Positions 29,977 through 39,669 of a DNA stretch of 64,000 nucleotides are shown here, piece after piece (the stretch's first letter is position 1; every line of letters begins with the position of its first letter). Position numbers and translations under genes: made by a program. A model generated the notes under the pieces. That model saw only the letters and a list, made by a program, of their open reading frames with translations. It was not told where the DNA came from and did not search any database. This DNA is from an uncultured delta proteobacterium. GTDB lineage: Bacteria > Desulfobacterota > Binatia > Bin18. The DNA is taken from positions 22,589 to 86,588 of the forward strand of contig CAVTCR010000063.1 of assembly GCA_963733195.1 (NCBI GenBank), given 5' to 3'.

Positions 29977-30871
29977 ATGCAAGATCTAGCTGGGCGAGTA
30001 GCGGTGATCACTGGCGGTGCGAGTGGGATCGGCTTGGCAACGGCACGAGCCCTCGCCCGAGAGAAGATGCGTATTGTTTTAGCTGATATCGAGCAGGGGC
30101 CACTCTTGATGCGGCAGTCAAAGAGATTCAAGGGCTGGGCGTGGAAGCCTTGGCGTACGTACTGATGTTGGCGACCTCAAGCAGGTGCAAGCGCTTGCCG
30201 ATAAGACCTGGGAACGCTTCGGTGCAGCCCACGTTGTTTTTAACAACGCAGGGGTAGCAGTGTTTGGTCCGATCCAGGAGATGAAACACGAAGATTGGGA
30301 ATGGGTGCTCAGGGTCGATCTCTGGGGAGTGATTCATGGTGTTGAGGCATTCCTCAACCGGATGATCGCCCAGAAGCAAGGCGGACATATTGTGAATACC
30401 GCCTCGTTTGCTGGGCTTGCTCCTAATCGCGGACTGGGTGCGTACTGCGTAGCAAAATATGGGGTTGTCGCCTTGTCTGAGTGTTTAGCCCGCGATGTCA
30501 AAGAGCACGACATTGGTGTGTCGGTATTATGCCCGATGATCTTGGCAACCAATATCAATCACTCCGAGCGCAATCGACCGACAGAGCTGGGCGGCGCGAA
30601 AGCACAACGACAACAAACAAGTGCCGAGCAGCAGAGTATGCGGGGAAGAGTGTTGACACCTGAGTTGGCAGCCGAGAAAGTTGTCCAGGCAATTAAAAGC
30701 GGAGAATTGTATATTCACACGCACGAAGAAGCGCGCGACTTCGTACGTCGCCGCTTTGAACGGATCGATCGGGCGTTTGAGAAGTTAAAAATGACGAGAG
30801 GGGGTTGTCAGTTCTCGCCCCTCGACTTAGCCACAGGACAGGCTGCGGCGGGAATCCAAGGGGTGGCGTGA
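29977..30871 (+). pseudogene. SDR family oxidoreductase with two frameshifts
   Basis: MQDLAGRVAVITGGASGIGLATARALAREKMRIVLADIEQGPL, then DAAVKEIQGLGVEALAYV, then TDVGDLKQVQALADKTWERFGAAHVVFNNAGV...YCVAKYG, in three successive frames. Shifts lie near 30105 and 30160. Confidence 0.8.
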
Positions 30872-31101
30872 AGATATCCCTCAACTCTTCCAACAATTCC
30901 TTCGCCTCTTGCAAATCTTTCGTATCGAATCCTTCAGTGAACCAGTTGTAGATCTCTGACAACATCTTGTGAGCTTCTTGTCGTCTTTCCTTGCTGCTGC
31001 CACAGGCGGCGCGAGGCTCATAGACTGCTCGCAGCTCCAGCGACTTCGCTTGTTGCTTGCGCGCAATCTCGATGGCTTTGAGGAAACACGCTCGGCTTCG
31101 C

Positions 31102-31192
31102 CTGGGGGTCGGGGTCAGGGGTGGGGATCGGTTCTTGACTTTTGATTGCTTTTGATCTTGGACTAGACTCTAGACTTTGGACTCTGGACTGG
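31102..31192. repeat. 13-unit heptamer array inside the TPR gene (…GACTTTT GATTGCT TTTGATC TTGGACT AGACTCT AGACTTT GGACTCT GGACTGG)
   Basis: Read from the sequence. It encodes the low-complexity linker between ELYRLKGELTL and EAEACFLKAIEIARKQQAKS. Confidence 0.75.
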
Positions 31193-32666
31193 GCGAGCGT
31201 AAGCTCGCCTTTCAGCCGATACAGCTCGGCCTCGTAGAAACGCTCCCCAGTTTTGTCCACCACAGCCAGCGCTTCGGCCAGCACAGCTGAGCCCTTCCTC
31301 TGCCTGCCCTACTTTCCCATACGCCTCGGCCAGCAGGGCAAGACAATACGGCCGAAACAGCTCTGCTCCCGTGGCCCGACAGGCAGCCAGGCCCTGGCTG
31401 CATCTGAGCAATGCCTTCTTCTCCCTGGCCTTGCTCGGCCAGCGCCCAGCCCCGCACGATCGTCCCATGCGCCAACAAGAACGGAAACCCCTGCTCGGTT
31501 GAGAGTGTTATTAGCTGCCTCTGCCCGCTCTCGGGCTGCCTGCCCTCCCGGCGGAACTGATGGAGCACAGGCAGCACAGATCAAGGCATAAGCTAAGCTG
31601 TAGGGATGAGACAGCTCCTGGGCCAAGGTCGAGCGCCTCGTGGACTTCTCTTGAGGGCTTGGTCCGGATAGCCAAGATGCCACAGGGCATAGGCCGCATA
31701 GCGATAGGCAAACCACTCCAGGATCCTGTCCCATAGAAGAGAGACAAAGGAGTGGTGCTTCTGAGGGTCATAGAGGGCAATCCCTTGCTCTAAATGCTGC
31801 TCGGGCTAGAGCAAACTCTCCCAGGAAGATACAAGGTCTACCCCAGCGCATGGTGGGCCTCCACGAGGAGAGCTGGGTCTTGCACACTTTGGGCCAAGCT
31901 GCAAGCAGCTGCTCTCGCCAGCTCACGGGCCGTCTGTAACTCTCGCCCGCGTATAGATAAAACACCGACAGGCCAAACAGCACCGGGAAGAGCTGAGGAG
32001 TTTCCCCTACCTGCTGGCACAGCTCGCGCGCCCGGGTGTAAGTTTTTTCCACTTCTGGGGCCGCAAAGCCCTTGGTGGCGATCAGCGGCGCACCCAGGGC
32101 GAGTTGCAGGGTGAGTTCTTGCTGGACGCGCTCGGGAGTGTCGGGCAGGGTCTTGAGCAACTCCAGCCCCTTGGTGAGGTGACTGATCGCTTCCACATAG
32201 GCCGAGCGCTGGCTGGCTCGCTGACCTGCTCTGCTGCCAATAGGGAAGGGCCTGCGCGATGAGACCCGCTTCGGTGTAGTGATGCGCCACTAATTCTGGT
32301 TGGGTCTCTTTGGTCTCTGGAAACCGCTCCTCGAAGACCTGAGCTATCTGGTGGTGATACTGCTGACGTTTGCTTTTGAGCAGCGATTGATATGCGGTCT
32401 CTTGCACCAGCGCATGCTTGAAGAGATAGGTCGCCTGCGGTGGCAGCCCGCGCTGATAGAGAAGCTCCGCCGCGACTAACTTGCTTAACTCTTGCTGCAA
32501 CGCTGCCTCGGTGAGCGGTGAGACCGCACTCAATAACTCGTAGGTTAGTTCGCGTCCCACCACCGCCCCTTGTTGCGCTACCTCTTTGGCGGTCCCTAGC
32601 CGATCCAGCCGGGCCATGAGCGCATCTTGCAGGGTGGAAGGAATCCCTAACGATACGGCGCACATG

Positions 32667-32720
32667 CTGCCCTCTCAGTTTTCCTTCCTGTCCCCCGTCC
32701 CCTGTAACCTGTTCCCTCGG
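32667..32720. repeat. Heptamer array inside the AAA/TPR junction (CCTGTCC CCCGTCC CCTGTAA CCTGTTC CCTCGGA)
   Basis: Read from the sequence. It coincides with the frame break between ...FVEELTKIVVES and ...[17 protein letters not shown]. Confidence 0.75.
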
Positions 32721-33811
32721 ACTCGACGACAATCTTCGTCAGCTCTTCGACGAACAGCGGGACTCCATCCGTCTTGGCGACAATCTGCTGCAGGACTTCA
32801 GACGGCAGCGCTTTCCCACCGGTGAGCTGCTCGACGATGGCGCTGGTCTGCTTGCGTCCTAACCGACTCAGCACGAGGTGACTGACGTGCGAACGCGACG
32901 CCCAGGCCGGCGTAAACTCGGGCCGAAAGGTCAACAGCATGAGCATGCGGGCCGTGGGCACTTGGTCGAGACATAACGCGAGAAACTCTAGGGTAGAGGG
33001 GTCTGCCCAGTGCAGGTCTTCCCAGACGGTGTACACCGTGGCTCGCTCGGCTTCCTCGAACAGCCAGTGTAATAAGGCATCGAGCGTCTTCTGTTTTTGC
33101 TGCTGGGGAGTCAAGGTCAAGGGTGAGAAACCTTCTGGGTGAGGGAGCGACAGCAACGCGGCCAGCAGCGGGACCGTGTCACTCTGCGGGAAACGGTAGC
33201 GAGCGAGCGTCTGTTCCAGTTTCTGGAGCTTGGCTTGAGGTGTATCGCTGGGCGCGAAGTGGAGCACCTGCTGTACATGCTCAATGAGAGGATAGAACGC
33301 ACTGTTTTGGTGATAGGGGGAACAGCGGAACTCAATGCGGACAGCACTGTCTTGGGCGACATGGTCCTTGAGTTCCTGCACGAGCCGGGACTTGCCAATG
33401 CCGGCTTCGCCACTGAGCAAGACGACTTGGCCTTCGCCATCGGTGGCTTGCTCCCAGCGGCGGCGCAGCAGGGCCAGTTCTTCTTCCCGGCCCACCAAAG
33501 GCGTGAGTCCAGCCTGAACCGCTACGTCAAAGCGGCTCTGGGCTTCGCTCTCCTTCACCACGCGATAGAGCGTCAGGGGAGTTGTTACGCCTTTGAGTTC
33601 TGGTTGTCCGCGGTCTTCACATGCAAACAAGCCTTCGACCAGGCGATAGGTGGCTGCGCTGATCACGACTTCATCGGGCTCGGCTTGCCCTTGGATGCGG
33701 GCGGCAAGGTTGGGTGTCTCGCCTAAGGCCAGCATCTCCCGCTTCTCGCTGCTGCCGATCTCGCCGACGACGACTAACCCGGTGTGAATGCCGATGCGCA
33801 CTTGTAGTGAT

Positions 33812-33935
33812 TTCCCTTCCCCCCTGGCGGGGGAAGGTTAGGATGAGGGGGAAGTGCGGTTACGGCATTGACTTTAGCCCCCTCACCCTGTCCTCCTGTG
33901 ACTACGCTGAAGACTCTCCCGCCAGGGGAGAGGGG
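33812..33935. mobile_element. MITE-like insertion with two GC-rich hairpins, splitting the cyclase catalytic domain
   Basis: Hairpins are CCTTCCCCC-CTGGC-GGGGGAAGG and CTCTCCC-GCCAG-GGGAGAG, with mutually complementary loops. It contains stops and lies between [14 protein letters not shown] and VRIGIHTGLVVVG, which are in different frames. Confidence 0.6.
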
Positions 33936-34244
33936 ACCACTTGTGAGATGGCGATGATAATTTCTAATCCCGCTCGCACGGCACGTTGCGCATCGTCTTC
34001 ATGGGCGACTGGATAACCGAAGTAGACCAGCAACCCATCCCCGAGATGCTGGGCAATGTGCCCTTCGTACCGCCGGATCACCTCCGTGCAGGTCTCTTGG
34101 TAGGCGCGCACCACTTCGCGCAATTCTTCTGGGTCAAGTTGCGCGGACAGTGCAGTCGAGCCCACGAAATCACAGAACATCACGGTCAATTGCCGCCGCT
34201 CCGCGGCGTTCAGTTGAGAACTGACAACTGTTGGGGACTGGGGG

Positions 34245-34279
34245 GAACTTGGAACCTGGAACTCGGAACTTGAAACTGG
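34245..34279. repeat. Heptamer array in the N-terminal linker of the cyclase gene (GAACTTG GAACCTG GAACTCG GAACTTG AAACTGG)
   Basis: Read from the sequence. It is translated in frame as ...[11 protein letters not shown].... Confidence 0.75.
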
Positions 34280-34676
34280 CGAAGCGCCAGTCCAGACCAG
34301 AAAGCGTCCGTCTTCATCGGTTGCGAGTCGCTTGGCACCGATGAGTTCCTCCTTGAGGTCTTCGAGATACTCGTCATCCAGGGTAAACCGCCGCTTTAAG
34401 CCCCGGTACGAGACCCGTTTCTCGCGCTGCAATAGGTCTTGGACCTGAGAGAGTACTTCATCGAACGTCATGGAGATTCTCCACTTATTCGTTTCGGATA
34501 CCTGAATAGTGAGCTATTCGTTCATCTTTCCTTATGGTCCTATTATTCTCACGACTGCCGGTCCGGCGCGAGAGTTGTCAGCGCTATGGATAGCGTGCTG
34601 TCTCTCAGCGGTGAGCGCATCGTACACAAGCAGATGGCAGGCAACTATAGCGGTTTTCAGTGAGACCCAGGCAATG

Positions 34677-35083
34677 TCATTGCTCAAGCAACTCAAGGAA
34701 CTGGGCTGGCGAGATGATGCGGACGCTCCGATAGGTTTTGAGGGGAAGCAGATGCTTTTTGTCGCCGGTGACAAGGAACTCGGCCTGAGCAGCAAGCGCA
34801 CACTCGATGATACGGTTGTCGTCATCTTTCGCCGTAACAACAGTGATGCGCTCCGTGGGTTCAACCAACCGAGCAAGAGAGCGAATGAGCCGAACACGCG
34901 CAGTCGTTGTTCTTTCACTAAACCCGAACTTCTCCCGCAAAATACGATCGAGTTCAGCAAGAATGAAAGTAGAAGTAAAGAGTTCGACTTCTCCTCGCCG
35001 GGTACGAGAGAGGATCTGGTCTGGCTTGCTGCTAGGAAAGCTAAAGCGGAGATCAGGACATTAGTATCCAGAACAATCCGCAT
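34677..35083 (-). pseudogene. PIN-domain toxin (TIGR00305-like), frameshifted after residue ~16
   Basis: MRIVLDTNVLISALAF, then in another frame PSSKPDQILSRTRRGEVELFTSTFILAELDRILREKFGFSE...ECALAAQAEFLVTGDKKHLLPL. A 1-nt deletion lies near 35030. Confidence 0.8.
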
Positions 35084-35095
35084 AGGAGGAGTTGA

Positions 35096-35332
35096 TTATT
35101 TGCGAACATCATGAACGAGCTGGTCAACATCGTCTTCGGTGCGAATACTAAGTTCCCGCGCTCGTGCAGCAGTCTTGTGTTGCAGCTTCCGCCAGCGTCG
35201 CTCTTCCAAGTAGAAGCGCAGTGCCTCCCGAAGGATGTCGCTTTTGGAGCGCCGTTCTTCCTGCGCTGTACGTTCAGCTTCGCGCTCGAGTTGGGGGGGA
35301 AGCGATACTGTCCAAGTCTTTGTCGTGCGCAT
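35096..35332 (-). CDS. Ribbon-helix-helix (CopG-like) antitoxin
   Basis: MRTTKTWTVSLPPQLEREAERTAQEERRSKSDILREALRFYLEE. Its stop lies 12 nt upstream of the PIN start. Confidence 0.75.
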   Translation of the reverse strand: MRTTKTWTVSLPPQLEREAERTAQEERRSKSDILREALRFYLEERRWRKLQHKTAARARELSIRTEDDVDQLVHDVRK

Positions 35333-35450
35333 TGCGCGATCTCCTCTGTAAGAAACGTAGCGAGTCCTCCTATGGCTCGCAAGTGCAAAAAGGAGCAACG
35401 TTGACCTCCAGACCGCGGATTTTTCGTCCTACCGGTGTGGCTGCCTGTTA

Positions 35451-35573
35451 GTGCTCTCCTTGGCTACGTTGGAAGATGCTCAGCAACAGCCGACCAGCTT
35501 CCAGTATTTTTACGACGACCTTGGGCAACTGGTGAAGGTCGTCGATGCTGAGCTATTTCTCCTGTCTGAATAA
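35451..35573 (+). other. Orphan YD/RHS-repeat fragment (about 40 codons)
   Basis: My translation gives ...TSFQYFYDDLGQLVKVVDAELFLLSE*, the YxYDxxGxL repeat motif. There is no flanking RHS gene. Confidence 0.3.
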
Positions 35574-35655
35574 CTCACGGCTAACCCCTCACCCGGGTCC
35601 ATCTGAATGCCGTAATTGGGGATCGGATAGCGTAGCCCTGCTTTGGAGAGCATTT

Positions 35656-36348
35656 CTAAGCCCTCAATTCACCTGGTAATAGCTGCGGTCGTAGGGCCAT
35701 CAACATTTCATCATCTGCCACGCCTCCGTATCGTCGTTCTGCGTAACACGGGATCGAGAGCGATGGCTCTCCGGTGGCGAGCGCGCAGCCCCACGAATCC
35801 GAACATGCACTCTCGCCCACCACACCAAACTGATAGCGCTTATATCCTTTCCATTGCAGACCGTTGATAAAGAGGATCATCTGTCCTGGCGTGCCATAGA
35901 TTAGCGCGATGTCTGGTGGGTCAAGACGACCTGATGCGAGTGGAGAAACGGCCATCGCATTGTACTTGCCTGGTGCAACTCGGGTCATCGCTTGCTGATG
36001 TTTCGCGGCCTCTTCTTTGTCCTTGAACCAAACGCCCGCCATTTGGGTGCCGTCTAACGTACTGGGTGGAACTGGCTTCAAGCCGATCACTGCTCCGCAA
36101 TTGCCAGGCATGAGGTTGTCGATGGTTACGCCAACCGTCCATCCCACTTGTCGTGCCTGAGTCACAATCTGACAAGTTGTGTGATGCTTCTTAGGGCGGC
36201 GAATCTTGGGAATGGCTTCCATTGCTTCAACCGTTTCAAAAAGCTTCATGCCGATTGGGAGCGTGCGTAGCCGTAACAGGCTTTGCAGCTTATCGCTGAC
36301 TTCTTTCCAATCAATGTGTTCGTTAGTTGTTGGGGTTAGGTCCGCCAT
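35656..36348 (-). CDS. DUF169 family protein, last ~30 codons in another frame
   Basis: Family-like body sequence. After ...LMALRPQLLPGE the expected tail IEGLEMLSKAGLRYPIPNYGIQMDPGEG is read in a different frame (shift near 35665). Confidence 0.7.
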   Translation of the reverse strand: MADLTPTTNEHIDWKEVSDKLQSLLRLRTLPIGMKLFETVEAMEAIPKIRRPKKHHTTCQIVTQARQVGWTVGVTIDNLMPGNCGAVIGLKPVPPSTLDGTQMAGVWFKDKEEAAKHQQAMTRVAPGKYNAMAVSPLASGRLDPPDIALIYGTPGQMILFINGLQWKGYKRYQFGVVGESACSDSWGCALATGEPSLSIPCYAERRYGGVADDEMLMALRPQLLPGELRA

Positions 36349-36470
36349 AGTGCACTCCTTTTATTCCCGCTCCTCTAACAGATTTCCCCTCACCTTGCAA
36401 GAGGGGACAGATGGATAGTCAAGGAAAGAACCCGCTAAGTTTCTATTTTGAATGTAAGGAGGGGACACCA

Positions 36471-37640
36471 ATGGACTCGCTCCGTGGAAAAGTAGCGATT
36501 GTCGGTGCGGCTGATACTGAAGTAGGAGTCGTTCCGCAGCTCAGTGCTACACAACTGTATGTCAAAGGAGCAAAGCTCGCGCTCGAAGATGCAGGGATTA
36601 CGAAAGCTGACGTCGATGGCCTGATTACCTGTACCTCATTTGTCGAGCCGTATATGTATCATGCTGAGATGATCGCTGAGTACATGCAGATCTTCCCGCG
36701 CTATTGCCTCAACGTTGCGACCGGAGGCGGGACGACGTTGGCGATCATGCACCACGCCGCGTCGGCGATTGCGACCGGTGTGTGTAATACGGTGCTCATC
36801 ACGATGGCTGACAATATGCTCTCTGGCCTCTCGCGTGACAGAGCGATTGAGGCAATGTCTACGGCTGGTCACGCTCAGTTTGAGCGACCCTATGGTCCGC
36901 CTATTCCCGGTTTCTACGCGATGCTGGCTCAAGCGCATATGCATCAATACGGCACAACCAGTGAACAACTGGCTGCGGTTGCGGTTGCGTGCAGAAAGCA
37001 TGCCTCGATGAATCCCGCAGCACAGATGCGTCAGCCGATTACGATTGACGATGTGCTCAACTCGAAGATGATCGCGCATCCACTTCACTTGCTTGACTGT
37101 TCGCTGGTCTCAGATGGTGGTGCGGCAGTCATTATGACCTCAGCGGAACGAGCGAAAGACTTCAAGAAGAAACCGGTCTACATGCTTGGTGTCGGAGAAG
37201 GGCATTCGCACGAACATGTGAGTCAAGCACAGAGCCTGACCACCTCGGCAGCGAAAGAAGCCGGTGAACGCGCATATGCGATGGCTGGTCTTGGACCGAA
37301 AGATATGGATGTGGCGGAGTTGTACGATTGTTTTACGCCGGTGGTGATTATTGAACTGGAAGACTTGGGGTTCTGCCCGAAAGGCGAGGGTGGACGATTT
37401 GTTGAAGGTGGCCGTATCGAGCTTGGTGGAGAACTTCCTATCAATACGCATGGTGGTTTAATGTCGCATTGTCATCCAGGACATCCAGGGTCGCTCTTCT
37501 CGATTACAGAAGCAGTACGCCAACTGCGTGGCGAGTGTGGACCCCGGCAGGTGAAAGATGTCGAAGTTGCTTTTGTCCATGGTCAGGGCGGGATTATGTC
37601 TACGCACTGTTCAATGATCCTGGGAAAGGAGCGAAACTAA
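36471..37640 (+). CDS. Thiolase-like (SCP-x / lipid-transfer type) protein
   Basis: KVAIVGAADTEVG...GLITCTS...LLDCSLVSDGGAAVIMTS...NTHGGLMSHCHPG. AAGGAGGGG RBS precedes the start, and TAATG overlaps the next gene. Confidence 0.85.
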   Translation: MDSLRGKVAIVGAADTEVGVVPQLSATQLYVKGAKLALEDAGITKADVDGLITCTSFVEPYMYHAEMIAEYMQIFPRYCLNVATGGGTTLAIMHHAASAIATGVCNTVLITMADNMLSGLSRDRAIEAMSTAGHAQFERPYGPPIPGFYAMLAQAHMHQYGTTSEQLAAVAVACRKHASMNPAAQMRQPITIDDVLNSKMIAHPLHLLDCSLVSDGGAAVIMTSAERAKDFKKKPVYMLGVGEGHSHEHVSQAQSLTTSAAKEAGERAYAMAGLGPKDMDVAELYDCFTPVVIIELEDLGFCPKGEGGRFVEGGRIELGGELPINTHGGLMSHCHPGHPGSLFSITEAVRQLRGECGPRQVKDVEVAFVHGQGGIMSTHCSMILGKERN

Positions 37641-38050
37641 TGGCCGCACCAGGAGTGAAACCAGTTCCTGTTCCTACCAAAGAAACCAAGCCGTATTGGG
37701 ATGGCTGCAAAAAGCACGAGCTTCACATCCAGAAGTGCACAGCGTGTAGTCACCATCAGTTCTACCCGCGGTTGTACTGCACATCCTGTATGAGTGACAA
37801 AGTCGAATGGGTGAAAGCGTCGGGTCGAGCGAAGGTCCTCTCGTTCACTATTGTCTATCGACCAGTCACCCAAGCCTTCTCTGGCGATGTGCCCTATGTC
37901 GTGGCCTTGGTCACCTTAGATGAAGGGCCGCAAATGATGACCAATATCGTTGGTTGTCCGCCAGAACAAGTAAAGATTGGCATGCCGGTACAAGTGACGT
38001 TTGAGGATTGGACGGAAGAGATTTCAGTGCCGAAATTCAAACCGGTATAA
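37640..38050 (+). CDS. DUF35 Zn-ribbon/OB-fold protein (thiolase partner)
   Basis: KPYWDGCKKHELHIQKCTACSHHQFYPRLYCTSC...VVALVTLDEGPQMMTNIV. It is translationally coupled to the thiolase gene. Confidence 0.8.
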   Translation: MAAPGVKPVPVPTKETKPYWDGCKKHELHIQKCTACSHHQFYPRLYCTSCMSDKVEWVKASGRAKVLSFTIVYRPVTQAFSGDVPYVVALVTLDEGPQMMTNIVGCPPEQVKIGMPVQVTFEDWTEEISVPKFKPV

Positions 38051-38110
38051 CTCTGCTCCAACTGACATCCCACCAGGCTGAAAAGGGGAAATGGCGAAGT
38101 GAAGAATGTA

Positions 38111-38159
38111 GGGCGTGCTATGCGCGCCGGGTAACTTGGGGGGCGCACAGCGTGCGCCC
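38111..38159. mobile_element. Small GC-rich palindromic (REP/MITE-like) unit
   Basis: GGGCGCAC-AGC-GTGCGCCC is preceded by an imperfect copy, gggcgtgctatgcgcgcc. Intergenic. Confidence 0.4.
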
Positions 38160-38182
38160 TTATCCTTAGTAAGGAGAGAGTT

Positions 38183-39659
38183 ATGCCCTACGATCTCATC
38201 ATCCGTAATGGAACTATCATCGATGGTACTGGCCGCCCTGGACAAGCAGCTGACGTTGCTATGCAAGACAACCGTATTGCTGCTGTTGGCACGGTGAGTG
38301 AAGAAGCGAAAAAGACGATTAATGCGACAGGACGAGTTGTTTCTCCGGGCTTTATCGACGTTCATTCCCACGACGATTTTGCCTTACTCGATCGTCCACT
38401 CTGTGACTTCAAGATCATGCAAGGTGTGACGACTGAGGTCATTGGTAACTGCGGGTTTGGTGCGGCACCGGCGAGTGCGGCGTATAAAGAGTTTTTGCAA
38501 GGATTTGGTGCTGTGTTATTTGGTCCGCTAGGCCAGTTCGCTTGGGAAACCACGGACGAATTCTTTCGTTTGCTTGAGGCTCATCCTCCATCGGTTAACG
38601 TGGTCGCCCAGATTCCGCATGCTGCTGTGCGTTATGGCGTACTGGGAAGCGAGAAACGACCGCCAACCGCGCAAGAGTTGAGTCGGATGCAAGCGTTAGT
38701 CCGTGAAGGAATGGAAGCCGGTGCGGTTGGGTTATCAACCGGACTCTACTATCTGCCGCATACGCAAACCGAAGAAGTGATAGCGCTCGCGAAAATAGTT
38801 GCAGAGTATCGCGGTCTCTATGCCACCCACATGCGTAATGAAGCCGGCCATCTACTTGATTCGATCACCGAGACTCTCCGCATTGGCGAAGAAGCGGAAG
38901 TGCCGGTGCAGATTTCTCACCACAAAGCGATGGGTCGTAAGAACTGGGGGAAAGTTGTTGAGAGCTTGGCCTTAGTTGAGCAGGCCCGTCAGCGTGGTCA
39001 GGATGTGACGTCAGATGCTTACCCGTATGTTGCCGGCAGCACGACTCTCGCCGCGCTGGCGAGCGGCGGATCGTTGGAGCTGGTGTCTCCCGCAGACGTA
39101 TTGATTGCTTCGACCCCGAACAAGCACGAGTATGAAGGTAAAACTCTGGACGAGATCTGCCGTCTCCTGGAAAAACCACTTGATCAGGTGGTGAAAGACA
39201 TTCTTGCTGAAGAAGGGGAAGGGGTAGTGGCGGTGATCTTCGGTATGGAGGAGACCGATGTTCGTCGTGTCCTTGCGCATCCCACAACGATGATCGGTTC
39301 TGATGGCATTCCCTCAGTCGAAGGCAAACCGCATCCGCGTCTCTACGGGACCTTTGCTAAGGTGCTTAGGGACTTACGCACGTGACGAGCGGTTGTTCTC
39401 TCTCGAAGAAGCGATCCATCGTATGACTGGTCTTCCTGCCCAGAAGTTTCGCCTCACCGATCGTGGTGTCATTCGTGAAGGTGCGTACGCTGACCTGGTT
39501 GTTTTCGATCCACACACGGTCGCTGATGTCGGTACTTATCAAGAGCCACGTCGTTATCCACCAGGCATCGATTACGTCATCGTCAACGGCAAGATTACTG
39601 CTGACCGTGGGCGGCATACCGGTGAACGCAACGGGCAGATGTTGAGGCAAAAAAAATAG
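38183..39659 (+). pseudogene. N-acyl-D-amino-acid deacylase (D-aminoacylase), one frameshift
   Basis: DLIIRNGTIIDGTG...PGFIDVHSHDD...HPRLYGTFAKVL, then GTYARDERLFSLEEAIHRMTGLPAQKF...DYVIVNG in the next frame. An extra A lies near 39368. Confidence 0.85.
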
Positions 39660-39669
39660 GGTACAGCCG

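Larger units (their letters stand above)
30693..34471 (-). pseudogene. Class III adenylate/guanylate cyclase - AAA ATPase - TPR protein (about 1200 aa), 8 or more frame disruptions plus an element insertion
   Basis: Cyclase domain ([12 protein letters not shown]...RIGIHTGLVVVGEIG...LGETPNLAARIQ), P-loop (LLSGEAGIGKSRL), TPR region, and conserved tail [28 protein letters not shown]. The pieces are spread over track ORFs 33902..34471, 32647..33801, 31838..32665, 31768..32196, 31309..31734, 31018..31284 and 30693..30965. Confidence 0.8.
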
